Shown piece by piece: positions 12,675-28,100 of a stretch of DNA of 64,000 nucleotides. Positions within the stretch are counted from its first letter, which is position 1. Every line of letters starts with the position of its first letter. The DNA lies in assembly GCA_002633005.1 (NCBI GenBank), contig NMRA01000435.1, positions 283,679-347,678 of the forward strand. The letters run 5' to 3'. Both the position numbers and the translations under genes were made by a program. This stretch comes from Phoronis australis. Taxonomy: Eukaryota; Animalia; Phoronida. The notes under the pieces were generated by a model. That model had not been told where the DNA came from, did not search any database, and saw only the letters and a list, made by a program, of their open reading frames with translations.

Positions 12675-12783
12675 GGCAACTGTCACTACAGGGGTCTCTC
12701 ATTTTGAGAACCAGTTTTCTCCAGTGAATAGCAGGCATCAAACCGGCTCTCAAAATAGTGGACCCCTGTAATTGACTATTGCC
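12675..12783. mobile_element. Palindromic MITE with GG termini and an 8-bp TSD (Merlin-like family)
   Basis: GGCAACTGTCACTACAGGGGTC ... GACCCCTGTAATTGACTATTGCC, with core GAGAACCAGTTTTCTCCA. Flanks GAAATAAT / GAAATAAC. Confidence 0.75.
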
Positions 12784-15763
12784 GAAATAACAATCCTATC
12801 ATGTAACTATTTGACACAACAGCTGGAAACACCAATCGAAACGAGCAAGATATATTCCAAATACTTTTATTTTACATACAGATGTGTTTAATCAAAAACA
12901 TGGTGTTGTTGATCAGTAACAAGAATTTTCCGCAAGCTCCTTGTTGAGGTTGGTAGTCATCCAATAACAGTCTTACTAGCAAAACTTAACAAAGGAATAC
13001 CCTAAATTGATAACGTTAAACAAAATCAAATAATACACCACCAACTAACATTTTCAATAGCTGACTATTGCTCGCTCGAAATATTCACTTTTAAGGAAAG
13101 CTGTGTTAGATACAGAAGTTAAAACACTCCATAGATAAAATTTCACTTACATGAAATTGTAAGTACTTCAGATAAGTTTCAATTTTGTAAAATTCTTTGG
13201 TAACACGAGATATTTTTGCATAAATATTACATCAGCAAGTATTGTTTGAGATGACCGAATCACCTCAAACATTCAGCACTACCTTCTTTCTCGGGTTTAA
13301 GACTTCAGTCAGAAATTTCAGTTTGGGCTAAAAAAGGAAGATGGTTTAGGTCTTTACCACCACTTCATTTTTACACCTGCACTCAAAGATCAAAAACATG
13401 TCTGCCTTGATCAATTTCAGCCAAGGTTTAATCGTATTTTGAAAAGCTGTAAACAAAGATAAGCAAGATTTGAAATGCCATGATTTCCCAAGGTCTCGTT
13501 TCAGTTTCGTTTCATGGAACATACCTCCAGGATAGCCAACAAATATCCCTACTTTGATGCAGCTATAAAATGATTTCATGTTATTCTATCGAAACCAAAA
13601 AAATCCTTTGAATGAAGCAAGTCTTTTTTAGACTTTGCTTCCACAAGTGACAGTAGCTTCAGATTGCCATTCATTTCCGCCCAGCTCCAGCCAAACGAAC
13701 AATCATACAACCGGCCCTCCAACATACAGTAAAAATAGAATTTTATAATAATCAGCCCACACAAAGTTACAAATGTTGCCCAAAACTGTGTGAAAAACCT
13801 TAAGATTTAAGGTAAAACTGGAAAATTTACAGACTCCGGTAAGTGATAATGTATCTCCGAACTTTATGGGCTTAACTTTAATTACTGTACATTATATTTT
13901 CCATAATAAACATTAAAAATGATTATAGAAGTTAATCACTAGGAGAAATGTTTTCCAAGAACCGATTTAAACATTCTTGCAGATGTTGCGAGCACTTCAA
14001 TATCCCTACACACTACCAACATACGCACCTTATGTATCCGTACAAGTACACATCCTCTCATCAGGCGAATTTCACAAGACACAATTAAGTATTTTATTCA
14101 TAATAAACTGAACATTTTTGACCATCAATGGCAGCGGTCATCCTCAGAATGATGGTTAGGTGGACTTGTAGTCACATGTTGAAGTTCCTGCCTTGGGCCA
14201 CATAATACGATGTCATTAATGTCAGAAAGAGAGCGCTAATTTATTTCAATTGAAGGTAAACAAACTTCGACCGCTTTCCTAATAAACAGCTTCTGGTGCT
14301 TGAAAATGTTTCAATTTATTGTAAGTCCTTCATTGCGTCTCATCAAATTCTTCCAATATTTGACTCACCAATCGGGTGAAATTATCTAGTGAGATTATAA
14401 GTTTAACCCAATCACGTCTAATCTACCTCTCCCTTTGCCTACAGTCTGTCTTTTGTTACGCTAGCACTAAGCTGCTTTGAAAAACCAAAGACATAGAGAC
14501 AGAGGTTGGCCATCACGTGACTTTGTATACGCATAGCAGGGCGACCATTGTGTTGTGTGGTATTGAGTGTGATAGACAGTGCAAGCTGGAGGACTAAAAG
14601 GCTTTTACTCTGAAACCATTGGGTTTGAGTTTGATGAAATGGGTAACAAAAATGCTTGTATTTTTGCACTCTTACAACTATTGAGACATTGTGAAATTAA
14701 AATGAAAATCCTCTTAAGTCCTTAATTAGTATCCTGCTAGTGTATTTTTGTTTTATTTCACTGTTTCTCTGTGTCTAATTGTGCATTTAATATACCAAGG
14801 TGTCTTATCCACCTAAGGCCACCCTGGTTTAAAATGAGCTTCCACGCAACAATGTGGCACCACATGCGGTGTGTGCTTTCACAGCTGTCTATTGTAGAAT
14901 GTCCGATTTCTGTCTATATATCTATGGGAAACCTGCTTCAGACAGCACAGATTCATCAAATGTAACCAATGTCCGATACAGGCCCACCCGGGTGTAATCC
15001 CATCCCACTTTTGTAGTAGCCAATAACAACACCATCTGAGCAAACACAATAATCTAAACATGTTTCAAACAAAGATCTCTAACGAATAACAGCAATATAA
15101 TCTTAAACATGCAAGTACAACAGAAGTAACTACAAAAATAAACAAGCAGGTCCAATATCCACAACCGAACCCGATTGGTTCACGAACCAATGACGGAGGC
15201 TTTATCAAATTACGGTAAAAACTCACTATTTTTGAAAAAAAAATAATGTTTCAAATTCTTCAAACACTGCTATGCATGCTCAGAAATTCTCAGAATCATC
15301 GTCTGATGCCAGCTGTTGTATACATTTTTAAAGACAGTGTATACCATTTATTTGGCGCTACTAAGCCTTCATGAAAAAGTTAGAAAGTAAAATTTCACTT
15401 GTTGAACATATTTTTTCCCAAATTGTAAAGATTTTATCGTCATTACTAGAATTCGATTACTTGTGAATGACCTCCCTATGATCAGTCACAGCTAGGGGTG
15501 GGCAACGAGATCTTACAATCCATACATATTTCCAAAAGACAACTAACAAATTCAATAACAAAAATATTCATAAGTTACAGTTAATGATTAAATTTTCTTA
15601 ACCTCGACTTAGCATCCAAATATCATGGCAGCACTATGGTGAACTTGACAATTATGCATCGATCTCGGCATATTCATTGCTTTTGATTTGCATCTAATTT
15701 TATGAGGACAACGTTTTTGAATGATTGAAACTGTGTTCAAGGTCCATCTTTACTTGGTCCACG

Positions 15764-15872
15764 CCAAATAGTCGGACACAACGATCCCGCATTTTAGAAC
15801 CAGATTTCTCCACTGAATTACAGGCGACAAACTGGTTCTCAAAATGTGGGCACATTATATCCAACTATTGCC
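15764..15872. mobile_element. Palindromic MITE, same family
   Basis: AATAGTCGGA ... TCCAACTATTGCC termini and the AGAACCAG...CTGGTTCT core. No clear TSD. Confidence 0.65.
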
Positions 15873-16176
15873 TAAAAGACCAATAATCAAATAGAGTCTG
15901 AGAGCATGAGTCTTGATGTACACTAAAACTTGTACACTGAACGAAAATGTTTTAGAAAGATTCCTACAAAATTAAAACCAGAACCAGGTCTCAGTACAAA
16001 CAGATACAGATCAAGTAACCAAGTCTTCACAAATCACAGACATGTAAAAACAGACTCCCTGCTCTTGCACTGAAAGCCTTCAAACAAGAAACATGGTGCT
16101 GGCTAAGTTTCTTTTTGGCATACATATTTTGATCATGGCAAAAATAGCACCGAGTAAACGAAAAGCCAACATGACT

Positions 16177-19100
16177 TCAAACTTGACTTTCAACCACATC
16201 CTCTTGGAACAAGTTGGCAAGATTCGGCGGTGGCCTAAGTTTTCTAAGTTCTGTTTTCATGTTCTGTACAACCCTCTCTAGTTTTGGGCTCTTGTTGCGA
16301 CGTAGCCACCCCTCAGCTTCCTGAAATAATTCAAATTTATGTATGAATTATTGTAATGTCTGTTGGCAAACTACTATGATCGTCTTCTGAAGGGCATCAA
16401 AGAATCATTATACAGGGAGTGTGACTGGCTCTCCATTGAGGCTGCGCAGGACTTAATCAGCAAGCCTCGTATTTAGCCAACATTTACAAAATTATGAACA
16501 GATTTCAACTCAGTGAAAGGAATTTAGTAGAATGCTGGTAGAATTTGAGTTTTGACTTTATACCAATCTGCCATTCATTGAGTCACATGACCATGTACAT
16601 ACTAAAATTAAAAAGGAAAGTACATTCATAGCAAAACATCAGTATCAATAAAACGACCAAGTTTCTTTTGATAGAAATGTTCATGATGAAATTTCAAAAA
16701 TGCTGTTATGCGTTTTTAAATGATCATTTCATTTTGCAATAAAAATCATGAAAGCTATAATTTTGGTAGCCCCTCACGTGCGTAGGCTCTACGTTCAAAT
16801 GTCAAAAGGTGGTTGGCTGCGCCTACACGCCCCACTACAGCACTGGCCCCTCGTGCATAAGTGCAACATTCTAAAAACAATTCCTCAAACCCTTTGCAGA
16901 AACGCATACAAACCAAAGTATCTGCAAGTTTCACATGAATCTGATCCGCCCCTTTTGAGATACAATGTTCAAAAGTTAACCAAATTTGGACATTTTTCTG
17001 AGGCTCCACATAACTTAAAAGTAGCCTGAGGTAAAAACACAACAAAGTGTGCCTTCAATCAATTTTGCAAGAAAGATGGGCTACTGCCAAACTATTAATA
17101 AATTGTTTGAAATTCACAATTTTTGGGCTACCAAACTGCACAGTATCCCTTTAAATAGAGCCAAAAACGTAAAGGAATTGCACATAGCGACATGCTTGTC
17201 GAACTGGTGAAGAACAATTTAGTTGCCCAATACGTGGTATGTTCAGTTTTTTCTTAGGTCTTCTTACGACAGGACGCTGTTCAAAGCAAAAACCAAAAAT
17301 TTAGCGGGAACAGATTAACACATTTGGTATTAATTATTTACACTATAAAAACAAATTACAAGATTGAAAATGAGCAAGCCATATCACATTTTTACTCTAA
17401 TACCTCAATTAATCTGTCTTTTTTCAAATAAAAGTGGGCATGTATCACGTCTTCAAATCCCGGACTTGGATTTGTTATCTGAGCGTTCACTGCATATTTG
17501 ATGTTGTTTATCATCACGTCTGAAAATATAAAACAGCATAGTACATTTAGGTCACACCAATACTTTACAGACCACACATGGGAAAGAGAAGTGAACAAGT
17601 TCCCTAGAATACCTGATCAGCCATATGATATAAAAACAAAATTAAGGCAGCAGATTTGCTTTTTAATCAAAAATGGCCAAATTGTGATGACCTAGTTTGT
17701 GTAGCTCCAACTTTTCACACATGGTTGTCATGTAAAGTATATCACTAAACAGTAACACTGGTCTAATTAAATAACATGAGTTTAAATAAAAACAAATCAA
17801 TGAGAACAATTATTTCCAATGGTTACCCAACCAATCCAACAACTAAATCATTTCCATTTTCATTCAGCAAAATCATTTTGATCTTTTAAGGAGCTTTAAC
17901 TAAAGATCTACTTAATAGCTGTAAGTTTCTTGAACAACTTCATAAAGAGAATAAGGCTCTACCCAAAACTGCCATGCCCAGCAATGCCTATCTAGGTTAT
18001 AGTGATTGCCACGCCCTCTACCAGTGTCTACATAGGTAATAGCGAATGCCACGCCCCCAGCAGTGCCTACATACTAGATTATAGTCGCTGCCATGCCCAG
18101 CAGTGCCACTGGTTGTCTTTTGCCTTTCATCAGCCTTCATTTTGTTTTTTTCGGACCATAATGGAAATAAGTCTTTGACTTTTTATGTTATCCGTGTCTT
18201 GCACTTGTACTTTAATTTTTTGTCTTGCATTTTACATTTTTCTGTACTTGTGCGATTCTAATAAATTTATTATTATAATTATAACCACATCATAGGCACT
18301 GCCACGCCCAGCAGTGCCTATCTAGGTAATACTCAAAGCCATACTTATCAGTCTTACCTAGGCTATAGTCTGCACTGTGTTTCTTGCCCGGTTCTGTGCC
18401 AATCTCTTGCTCGTAACCCGGCTCATTGAAGTAAGGATCAGCCACCAGTATCAATGACTGTATAGACACTAGCACCTGCAAGATCGTCGACGTCGTTTCG
18501 TTCCACGTCTCACCTTGTTTACCTTCCCACGTGCCCAAAAGCGACAGACACACTTTACCACAACTGGAATAGGACAGACATTACTCAAAGCTCGATTTGA
18601 AAATTGACCAATCACATATGGAGTAAGCACGATACAACAAGACTTTAGAAATCTTAACTTCGTCACGTTACTAAATGTAACAAATAATTTCGAGGATTTC
18701 GAGCTTATCCAACAAAGTCTTATGTCACACAAGGAATGTCCACATTTTCATATTAATTTCAGGATAACGTTATGTTTACACAATCTTCTTGCTTCTCTTT
18801 AATTGTTTTAAATAATTAGTTAATTAATCAGAAGCTTACTGGCCTGCTTTTTGACTTGAAATTTTAAGCTAAATTGCTTTAACTTGCTAGCTTGACAGTA
18901 ACCACAGTGTTTGCAAGTTTGTAGGAAACTCACTTGTATAAGTTGGGGTTAAATCGCACACTACCTCCACCAGTGGTCTGGAAAGAGAAAACATGTCACA
19001 TGAAAAATGCATGGTGACTTCATAATTGATAGAAACAGAACAAGCTTTACCAGTGTTCGGCAGGTTTACAACAATTCAAAGACTGAATTTTAAAGTGCCT

Positions 19101-22100
19101 TTAACCTCTCAGTTTAACTCATTAAAAAATAATTGCAAGGGGTCTGATACACGTTGTACCAGACGTGCGCAGGTCGCACATGTGGGCCCATTGCACTGAT
19201 CACCTGGAACTATTTTTATGCTTTAATAATATATGGTTAAAACCGAGCTGAGGAGCTAGAAACCTGACTCAAGGGTTTAGCAGTGTGACCTGGTGGGACT
19301 CTAACCCACGACCTCGAGTTAAGAAAGCGGACACCTATCACACTAGGCCACACTGCCTCCTCGGTTTAACTCATTAGTACAGGGTAATTTTAAAAAACTG
19401 AATCAGCTCAAACCACTGAATTATCTTTCTGACTGAATCAAAAACCTACAATATGAACACTAATTAAATAAAACCACTTAACAACTGAACCAGTCTTCTG
19501 AATGCACTCATTCTTGAACGCTGAAATTACGCTAGGAATACAAAACTCTTCAGTCACTCGAAAAGTAGATTCAGTGGTTTGAGGAATCGATACAGAATTC
19601 GGAAAATAAATTCAGGATATCCTGTCTCCAGTTACCTACACTCCTTTTACTGGAATTAAGGAAACAGTAACTTACAGGAGTCCCGGATTCTGAGAACCAG
19701 TTTGATGCCCGGTATTCAGTGGAGAAAACTGGTTCTCATATATCCAGGAGCCGTGTAAGTGACTATTACTGAAATTAATAAACTAGTCATCTAGTCAAAA
19801 AGCACAACATTAGAAAATTCACAGATTACCCAATGGCAGAATGCTAAGTCATGCTTAAATCAAATGGAAAAGCCTGCAAGAAAACCAACCACCAGATGGC
19901 GCACCCACCTGCAAATGGAAAAGTTAGCACACCCACCTGCAGATTGACCCTTGGAGGTCGAGTTGGGTAGCCTTCGTCAAAATAGATGTCAAACAGATAA
20001 CAGCCGCATGTATAGGGCGTCCCCTCAGGCCTACAAAGAAGATGGGTGGAGACATAATCTCATTCTTGATATCAACTGGTAACGACATACTATAGCACAC
20101 AGGTTAGACTGAGTTTGTGCAGTAAAGTGAGCATACTTCTGAACAAAACGTCAATTACAGAACTTCACCCATGCAGTACAAAGCACACTTACCCTGTAAT
20201 CAGCGCCTTCATCAGGGGTAATTTGTCATCATCCTAAAATAAAACAAACAGACTTAGACAATACTATACAAAAACAATGACACAGTCAAAGGAAGTTATA
20301 ATAAATAAAATTCAAGTGGTTAAATGTATTTTCAAACTTTAATTTAAGATTATTTTCCTTTTTCACCCCACGCTACTAACAGCCATGGACTACACTGTAA
20401 CCTAACACACAATCAGGACTTGTTCCTTTGACAGAATACCGTCCCTTAGCCAGCTGTTTCTCTTGTCCTCAAGACGTGATTTGCCATTTTCAAATTATTT
20501 TATCATTGTTGCGTCACTGAGAGAGCAGACGTAGAAAACCACATGACTTCTAGAAAGTCATTGTTTGTGAAGCTATTAAAGGTTTTGAAAACCCAGCACA
20601 ATTAAAAAAATTGACTTCGACTTTCTAATTTGAAACAAGTATTTGTTAGTTTTTTGCACAAAACTCAAGATATGAGTCATCCTTCAAAGAGTGAGTGTTC
20701 ACTTTCAGAATTAGATGTTGAATTTTGTTTTTGACAACAGCTTTCATATACAAAACGTACTGTATGTTTATTGTATGAAACAGTACTACTTACTGTTCTG
20801 ACAAAGATGGAAGAGGATAGCTCCAGAGGTAGTGACGAGGACAGTGATGTGTATTCTTGGGCAATTCGAAACACCTGTGACTGAGACGGAACTGCCATGT
20901 TGTTAAATTGGCTACTGTAATGATGAGCATTAGACCCATCCACTGGAACAAGCAAAAATAGATTACTAATCAACGAAAGGAGCAGAGACGCAGAGACGGT
21001 CAATCTTCACCAGCAGTAGCTGATAATCAATCCACTTTGAAATACAGTAATTCTCCACCTATTTCGCACACCCATTTGAAAGCGCACGCTCAAAATTATT
21101 TCATAAAACTATTTCTTCGTCCACTTATTTCACACCAGGTTACTTGGTGGGAATTTTTTGCCTGACCTAAACACAAATGGCTGATAATTAATTACTTTTT
21201 ACAATGACTTTACTAGATCTTGTATCAGATAAAATAATTCGACGAATGGCCATTTTCTGAAACAACTGTGACAGTATGAAACCAGCTTAATCACTGGATA
21301 GCGGTGGACAGTGTTCAGTGCCACTTAAGATTTAAATGAATATTGAAAGCAGTAGAATTTCTCAACACTTCCATAATGTTTGTGCAATCATCACACAGTC
21401 AAATTTTCACTGTTGGGTGGTGGGATGTTCACAGGAAGTGCAGTGTGTTTGTGTGAAAAAAATTGCGTTTTGTCTTTCTTGTCAACTTGACCTGTATACA
21501 GCACCTGAATTTGAAACTGGGTCAAGCATTTATTAATACATTCATGCTCTCAAAATGCTAATAAAAGAGCTGAAAGGTGGATATTTGATATTCTAGCATC
21601 CTCGAACAACATACCTGACACACCAAAGAAAATAAATCCCCACTTATAAACACAGCTCACGGCCCGTAAACTCACAAAAGTGTGTTTGCGCACTTTTAGT
21701 AGCTCGTTCTTGTATCTGTCAGCCTCGTTTTCATTTTATTGCTGACAAAAGATGACCAGTCTCAAAATGTAGCTGACATATTTATTTGTTATTTCTCTCA
21801 GTGGTCTGTTCTACTGTCACTCTTTGGAGGACCAACAATTACACCAACAGTTTGAGAGAGCCTCCATTAAAATTGTGAACAGACAACACTGCCATATTCT
21901 GTGTACAACAGCGGCTGGTGCCAAACTACTCGTACTCTACCTAATTAGTTATTCAAGATGGTGGACAAAACAATGGAGTCATGTGTGAATGCATTCTTTA
22001 AATCAAGGAGGCAAGAATTATGGGTTTGGTAGAATCTCTCCAATTTCGAACACAATATGGCTGACAGCTGAAATAATATTTCCTCATTTTTCCACGCAAG

Positions 22101-25100
22101 ATATATAGCAACAAATTTATGCTTTACTACGTTCAAGTTTTATACAACATCTGCATCATAAAAACACTTTGAAAACTTCTCGGCGCTCACAACAATGCAG
22201 GAAGACCTTGAAAAATGAGAAAAGGACCAATTTTGGTAATTATAAACAATGACAGGCAATTTAGCTAACTCACGATCAATATCCTGGCAGTCGAACTGGA
22301 TTTCTTGCAAGACCCTTTTATATTTGGCTTCCAGAATCTTTTCCTGGAAAACATTTAACACATATTTAAATAGATAACTTGTGGAGAATAACATTTCTGG
22401 AAGAAGTGTAAATTTCATATTAAAAATATTAACGAGTTTCACAATCAATGAGCGAACACTAACGAACTGAAACTTACCTTCCAACAGATGAGAAGGACAA
22501 ATTTTTACGATCAAAGCAGTGAAACTTGGGGGTAAAGAATTATAGTTATGAACAATATTGTAAATAGTTAGAAGTTTTTCATCTGTTCCCCTTCTTGGAT
22601 TACACCACAACTTTAATGAAAAGTGATAAAATTCTGCAAATTTTACCACCTGTTTTGAAGACGACTCTCATAAGCTAATACCCACTATTAAAGATAACGA
22701 ACCGTAAAAACATATCGAATATGATCCTGAACACGTGATGAACTTCTATTAAAAATTCTCTAGTTTAAGACAGTCTCTCGATGCAACATTTTTGTGCTTC
22801 CCCATCGTGTGTACCAGTGGTGAGCCATCGTAATTCTTGAATTTGGAATGGCATTTACTATTTCTAAAATTTGGTGCAAGCTCTGAACCTGAGCAAAATA
22901 ATCTGTCCCAAACTGGAGAATGTTTACCATAATTCATATCCTACCTTATCTAATACTGGCACCTCCACCTGCTCATTGTTTGATTTCTTGGGGGAGTAGA
23001 ACGATTCATTTTGAATGTTGTCCCTCTTGAATATGTCTGTGATATCCTTGTGCAGAGTAACTAATTCTCTGAAAAAAAATGTAACAGCCTGAGAACAAAT
23101 TAATGATAAAGTAAATTAAAATTTAATTCAATAAATGTGGTGAATAATGCCATCTAGTGATACACACTGACTCAGGGAATTCGAAAAACAGGCCCACAAA
23201 TGTTAATGAGCTCATGGGAAACAATTGTGAAAACTTCCTAAATGTCAGCACACCAGCAAACACTGGAATCCAGAATACTATTCAAATTTTCAACAAAACA
23301 CACAAGATAAACCAATCCTTTAAAAGAGTTTGTGAGAGATAAAATGTCTACCTCTAAATGCAAAGATAATGTTTAGAGTCACAAGATGTAGTACACCCCA
23401 TGCTGTGACTTAATGCCAACAAGTGCCACTTAACAAATATATCCGCTGCAAAATGTGATCAGAAGTTTCCAGCAAACGAAAGTAATGTTTTAAAACAAAT
23501 TTAATTTTTCTATTCGCAGAAAAAGAAGCAATGAAAGAATGAGTATAATAACATTCAAACAGAAATGACAACAAACAGTAAACAAATACCCTCATAAACA
23601 AAATATCAATTAAAAATAATTAATCGACAGTCAGCAAGCTTACTTGTAAAACTGAGAATATAATTTGGTCAAGAGAATTTTGAAGCTTATCAATGTTTTG
23701 TTTGCATAATTTATGTACTAGTTTGCATAATTTATGTACTAAAGCTGGTTTTACCAAGCTGAGAATGCTGGAAGACATTGGTCATTTGTAAGCAAAAGTT
23801 ACCTTAATATTCAAAGATTGGATTGAGTCAAATTAACTAAATACCTTGCTAGTTTTTCTTCTTCAGCCGTCTGCTTTGCAGCGGCCAAAGAACTGGACGA
23901 GGATTTCTCCGGCGAGCTTGACGCGAAAGGAAAACACGTCTGCTCTAACTCTTTATCCTTCTTTGACTTCTTCTTCACCGGTTTAGGAATGGCGCCATTG
24001 CCCGACTTGGACATGCGACTAATTAAGGACGTGGCCTGGGAGACGAACATAACAGATGAAAGTTATCCATCGAGGTTCACACATGGCTAATATGGCGAAA
24101 TAATGCGTGAGTCCACTGTGTGGTATTGTCGTCTGCTAGATTTGGAACCAAATTTATTCTAAAGAGGGGTAAGATAATCCATACAAATAGCTCACCATGA
24201 CTCTAATCTTAATAGAGGGTGAACTATTCCAATTCCCAAAGATTTAAACCCTACCAATCAGGAAATACATGTACTCGACGAGTCCAGGCGATGACCCCAC
24301 ATAGTGGACTCACTGAGTGAGCAAAACGGTGGGTTGCCGTAGAAATATTTCACCATTATTCCACAACTGTAGCCATGAGTAACAGTTTAGTATTTTTCAT
24401 AACAATGAAATACTTTGAAGTTCTACTCCTCTACAATATACACAACAGCTGCACAGTACTAGAGCCGTTGATAGATTTTGACCCTTGGACCAGTACTGAT
24501 GCAGAAATTTGTTCAAATCAACAAGGACTAGAGGGGACATTGTGTTAAAAAAAACTGGTGATGCCAAATGAAAGTATCCGAGTCAACTTGCTTGACACAA
24601 CTTCATCACCAAATTTGACCTTTGTGCTTTTCATTCAATAACTCAATTGACCGATAGTGAAATGCTTTGAGCTCCATTCATTTCCAAGAATACAAAACAC
24701 GGTTGCTAGAACTGTCTCTAAAATCTTAAGTAGCTTAGATTTCTGAACATTCTCAAGACTTTTTCATGATGTTATTAAAACTTTAGGAAACCTTCCGCAT
24801 ACCCTCACAACAGGAATTTTTAAATTCTACACAGCCATTCTTGACAAGTAAAAACTTATGACAAATTCATAACAAAAGAAATTGATGAAATCTTGAACAT
24901 TTGTAATGGTACGTCTTATCTTTAGCAGAATAGATGTTTTTGCAACTTAATAAAATCTTAGTTAAAACTTGCAATTCCTTCGCTGATATTTTGTCCGAAT
25001 AAAATGATAGTTTTTGTGATAACGGTATAATAATGTTTCCTCTATCAAACACTTGTTGTTGTACTTCAAACAGAAATCTTCTTGTCAGTACAATTGTAAA

Positions 25101-28100
25101 TAATATGTTCTGTTTCAGGCTTACTTTTTGTTCCATGGTTTTGACTAAGTTGAATACAGACTCCTCCTGCTCTGGTAGCATGCAAAGCAGACGGATTAGT
25201 TGGGGCTGCAGCGCTGAAAATCAAAATATTAAAGGAATAAGCCTCTTTAAAACACCATGATTTGTTAATTTTATTTATGTAATAACAAATAGTATATATA
25301 AACTTTTAGGTTCTCTTTTCATGGAGCAAATTGACCATGTCAATGCACATTTACAATTTTATCAACTTTTATAATAGTCCGTGAAAATTCCAATTTACAT
25401 ACCTAGTTCCCTTATGATGTCTATGATGGCTTTATACACCTGAAATTTAGGAAGGACATTTTTACTAATTAGTCATGTATCAAATGGGTTTAGTATCCTT
25501 TTAAGCACCCTTCAACTGCCAAAAAAGCAGGTGATTCATTCACCTATCACTGACACAAAGCTCAAAGGAATTTTTCATGCGAAGTGCCTTACAAAACTAA
25601 ACCCCAGATCGTGAGCCTAAATATACCAACTATTCAAGACTGGTAAACACCGATCCTGGCATTTCAGTTCAAGAGCTTATATTTAAATGCTCATACTCCA
25701 CTTTAAAAAACTCATCCCCTGATTTTTTACATTTTCAAGTAATACATTCTGGCTTGCACAGATATGTACATATCTTAAAGAAAAATCGTTCTAATTAAAC
25801 CTAATTGACAAATACTGCTTCAGAAAGTTAGTGAAAATCCAATCTGCAATTTCTCCCGGACATTTGCAATAATATTACAGTTACGTTAAAAACTATACAA
25901 TAACTGCAGCTCAAACAAAGTTTATTCTAGTGTTATGATTAAACGAAATTGGAGAGAATGAATAGCAACAGACTCACCGACATGTGTCTGCAGATTTCAA
26001 GAAATGAGTCAGCTTTCATGTATTGCTGAAGACAAACAAAAATAATAAGATGAAGTCAGTACACTGATATACGACAGAGATACACAGTTAAAGTACAGGG
26101 GAAACAATCTTCCACATTCAACTCCCAGTTCTCAGTGACAATATTGTGCCTGACGAACACAATTCTTTTCGCACTAAGCTGCATTTCTTCTCTCGCGTAC
26201 TTCAATTTTGTGCTTAGGGTCAAATTTCTGTACCCATGAACCTTAGACAGAGTTCTAGGATAAGTGCATTGGATACGACAGCAGTTTGTGAGACAGTTTG
26301 TTTGCCGTGACAAAGATTTTCAAACTGTTTTGAGGAAGTCTTGTACTCATTTGAAGCCAGAGTAATTAAGGTATGGCACAGTTCACTTTAATTGTCTTCA
26401 TACTGAATTGTACTTACCTCAATGAATGGAATGAGTGATGATCCCTCCAGTATGGTAAACATGTCCTCCACGGGATCTACCACTTCTAAAGGGGTGTTTG
26501 TTGGCCCACTGGCATTTCTAGGCTTTAACTGTGGTGCATGGTTGGCATATAGGATTTTCAGTTCGTGTAAAATTTTGTATAGAACAGTTTCAACCTGAAA
26601 CAAGAACAACGTGAGTATGACAGTGGTTGTGTATTTCAAACTCAATCTATGCAATATTCACAAGTCTGACTTGGCGATTAAAAAAATTTCACCATGCAAA
26701 CTCACGTCAAAACTAGTTACAGATAAAGATTCTCCAATCTAAAATGAAAAGGGCTTTCTTCCACTTTTCAAAGGCTTAATATAACGGTCGAAATACCAAA
26801 CTGTCATGTGAACACAGATGAAAGTCTGAAAGATTAGTCTTCCTAGACACTCAGATGTCACAACTGAGGGACTGATAAGTTGAAAAACGAAAAAGTGAGG
26901 CATCAGCAGAACACGGAAAATTGCACGACTTCAAACTACGACGACGATTATTCTTCGCCAATTTAGTGCACAGTAAAATATATATCAATAAAATGATGAA
27001 TATAAAAAAAATAATTAGTTTGTTGGTAGCTGTCATTGTACTGTGCATATGTCGTCAAACAAAATTCACCAGTCTCCATTATTTGAAGCAAGCAGCCTTT
27101 TGGAAAATTTAAAAATGAAAATTTTTGCGATTATTTTTGTCTCCATAACAGCAAGTAGCAGCATATGTTAATAAAAACAATGACGGATTTAAACCAGCTT
27201 GACATGTTTCATCGTTTATTAAAACACCATCATCAGAAGAAAAAACAGTGGCCACCTTGCAAGGCACAACAACAAGGTGGCCTCCGTCTTTTCTTCTGAG
27301 GATGGTGCTTAAATAAATGCCGAAACAGGTCAAATCCGTTTAAATCCGTCATTGTTTTTATTACTTATTTTTGTGCTAATAAGTAAAAAATATTGTATCT
27401 AGTGCTTGCAAATCAAAGTCTATCCACACAACATTATAGTTAGGGGAATACAAAGAGCAGGATATGACGGATGAAAGCAGTGCAAAGAAGCTTTAACAAT
27501 TTTGTGCGTCCAAAAGTGCCCATAAACTGTGCACTGTACAGCCGTCACAACAAAATACTGACACTATCATAAAAACGTGACTTTAAATTTAAAGCCACAA
27601 ATCAGCAATATTTTGTCAGTGAACTCATTACCTGATTGTCCTTTTCCTTCTGAGCCGCAAGGTATGCCTTGACGTCCCACCCTGATCGTTTCTCATGGCC
27701 ATAGCCGGTACCCGGGGCCCAGTATTCATGATTCCGTGGGTCGTCACCCTCGCCCGATGGTCTGTTGACTACGGCAGGAGCCTGCCGCACCTCGGACGGG
27801 TCGAGATGGAACTGCAGATTGACCCGTGGGTTGACCTCGCTGACCTGTCAACAAGGCACTTATTCTATACATAACTGCCATTCACGATAAATGTTTGACA
27901 AAACAACAAAAAATACAATTTCCAAACTATTGAAAGTATGAATTTGGACTAAAGGAAACAGAAACAATAACTAGGCATTCCCTATCATGACGGCCACTAT
28001 GTTTGGCACATAATCTCTAACCTTCACATTAAAATTATTATTTTGCAAGTGAAAACCTGCACGATTAAAAAAATTCTGTGAGTTTAAATTTCAATCATAA

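Noticed and set aside
16177-27844. Calling the E2 gene BIRC6, UBE2Z or UBE2Q
   Set aside because: It lacks the BIR domain and giant size of BIRC6, and its two-UBC layout fits none of these genes. No symbol assigned.
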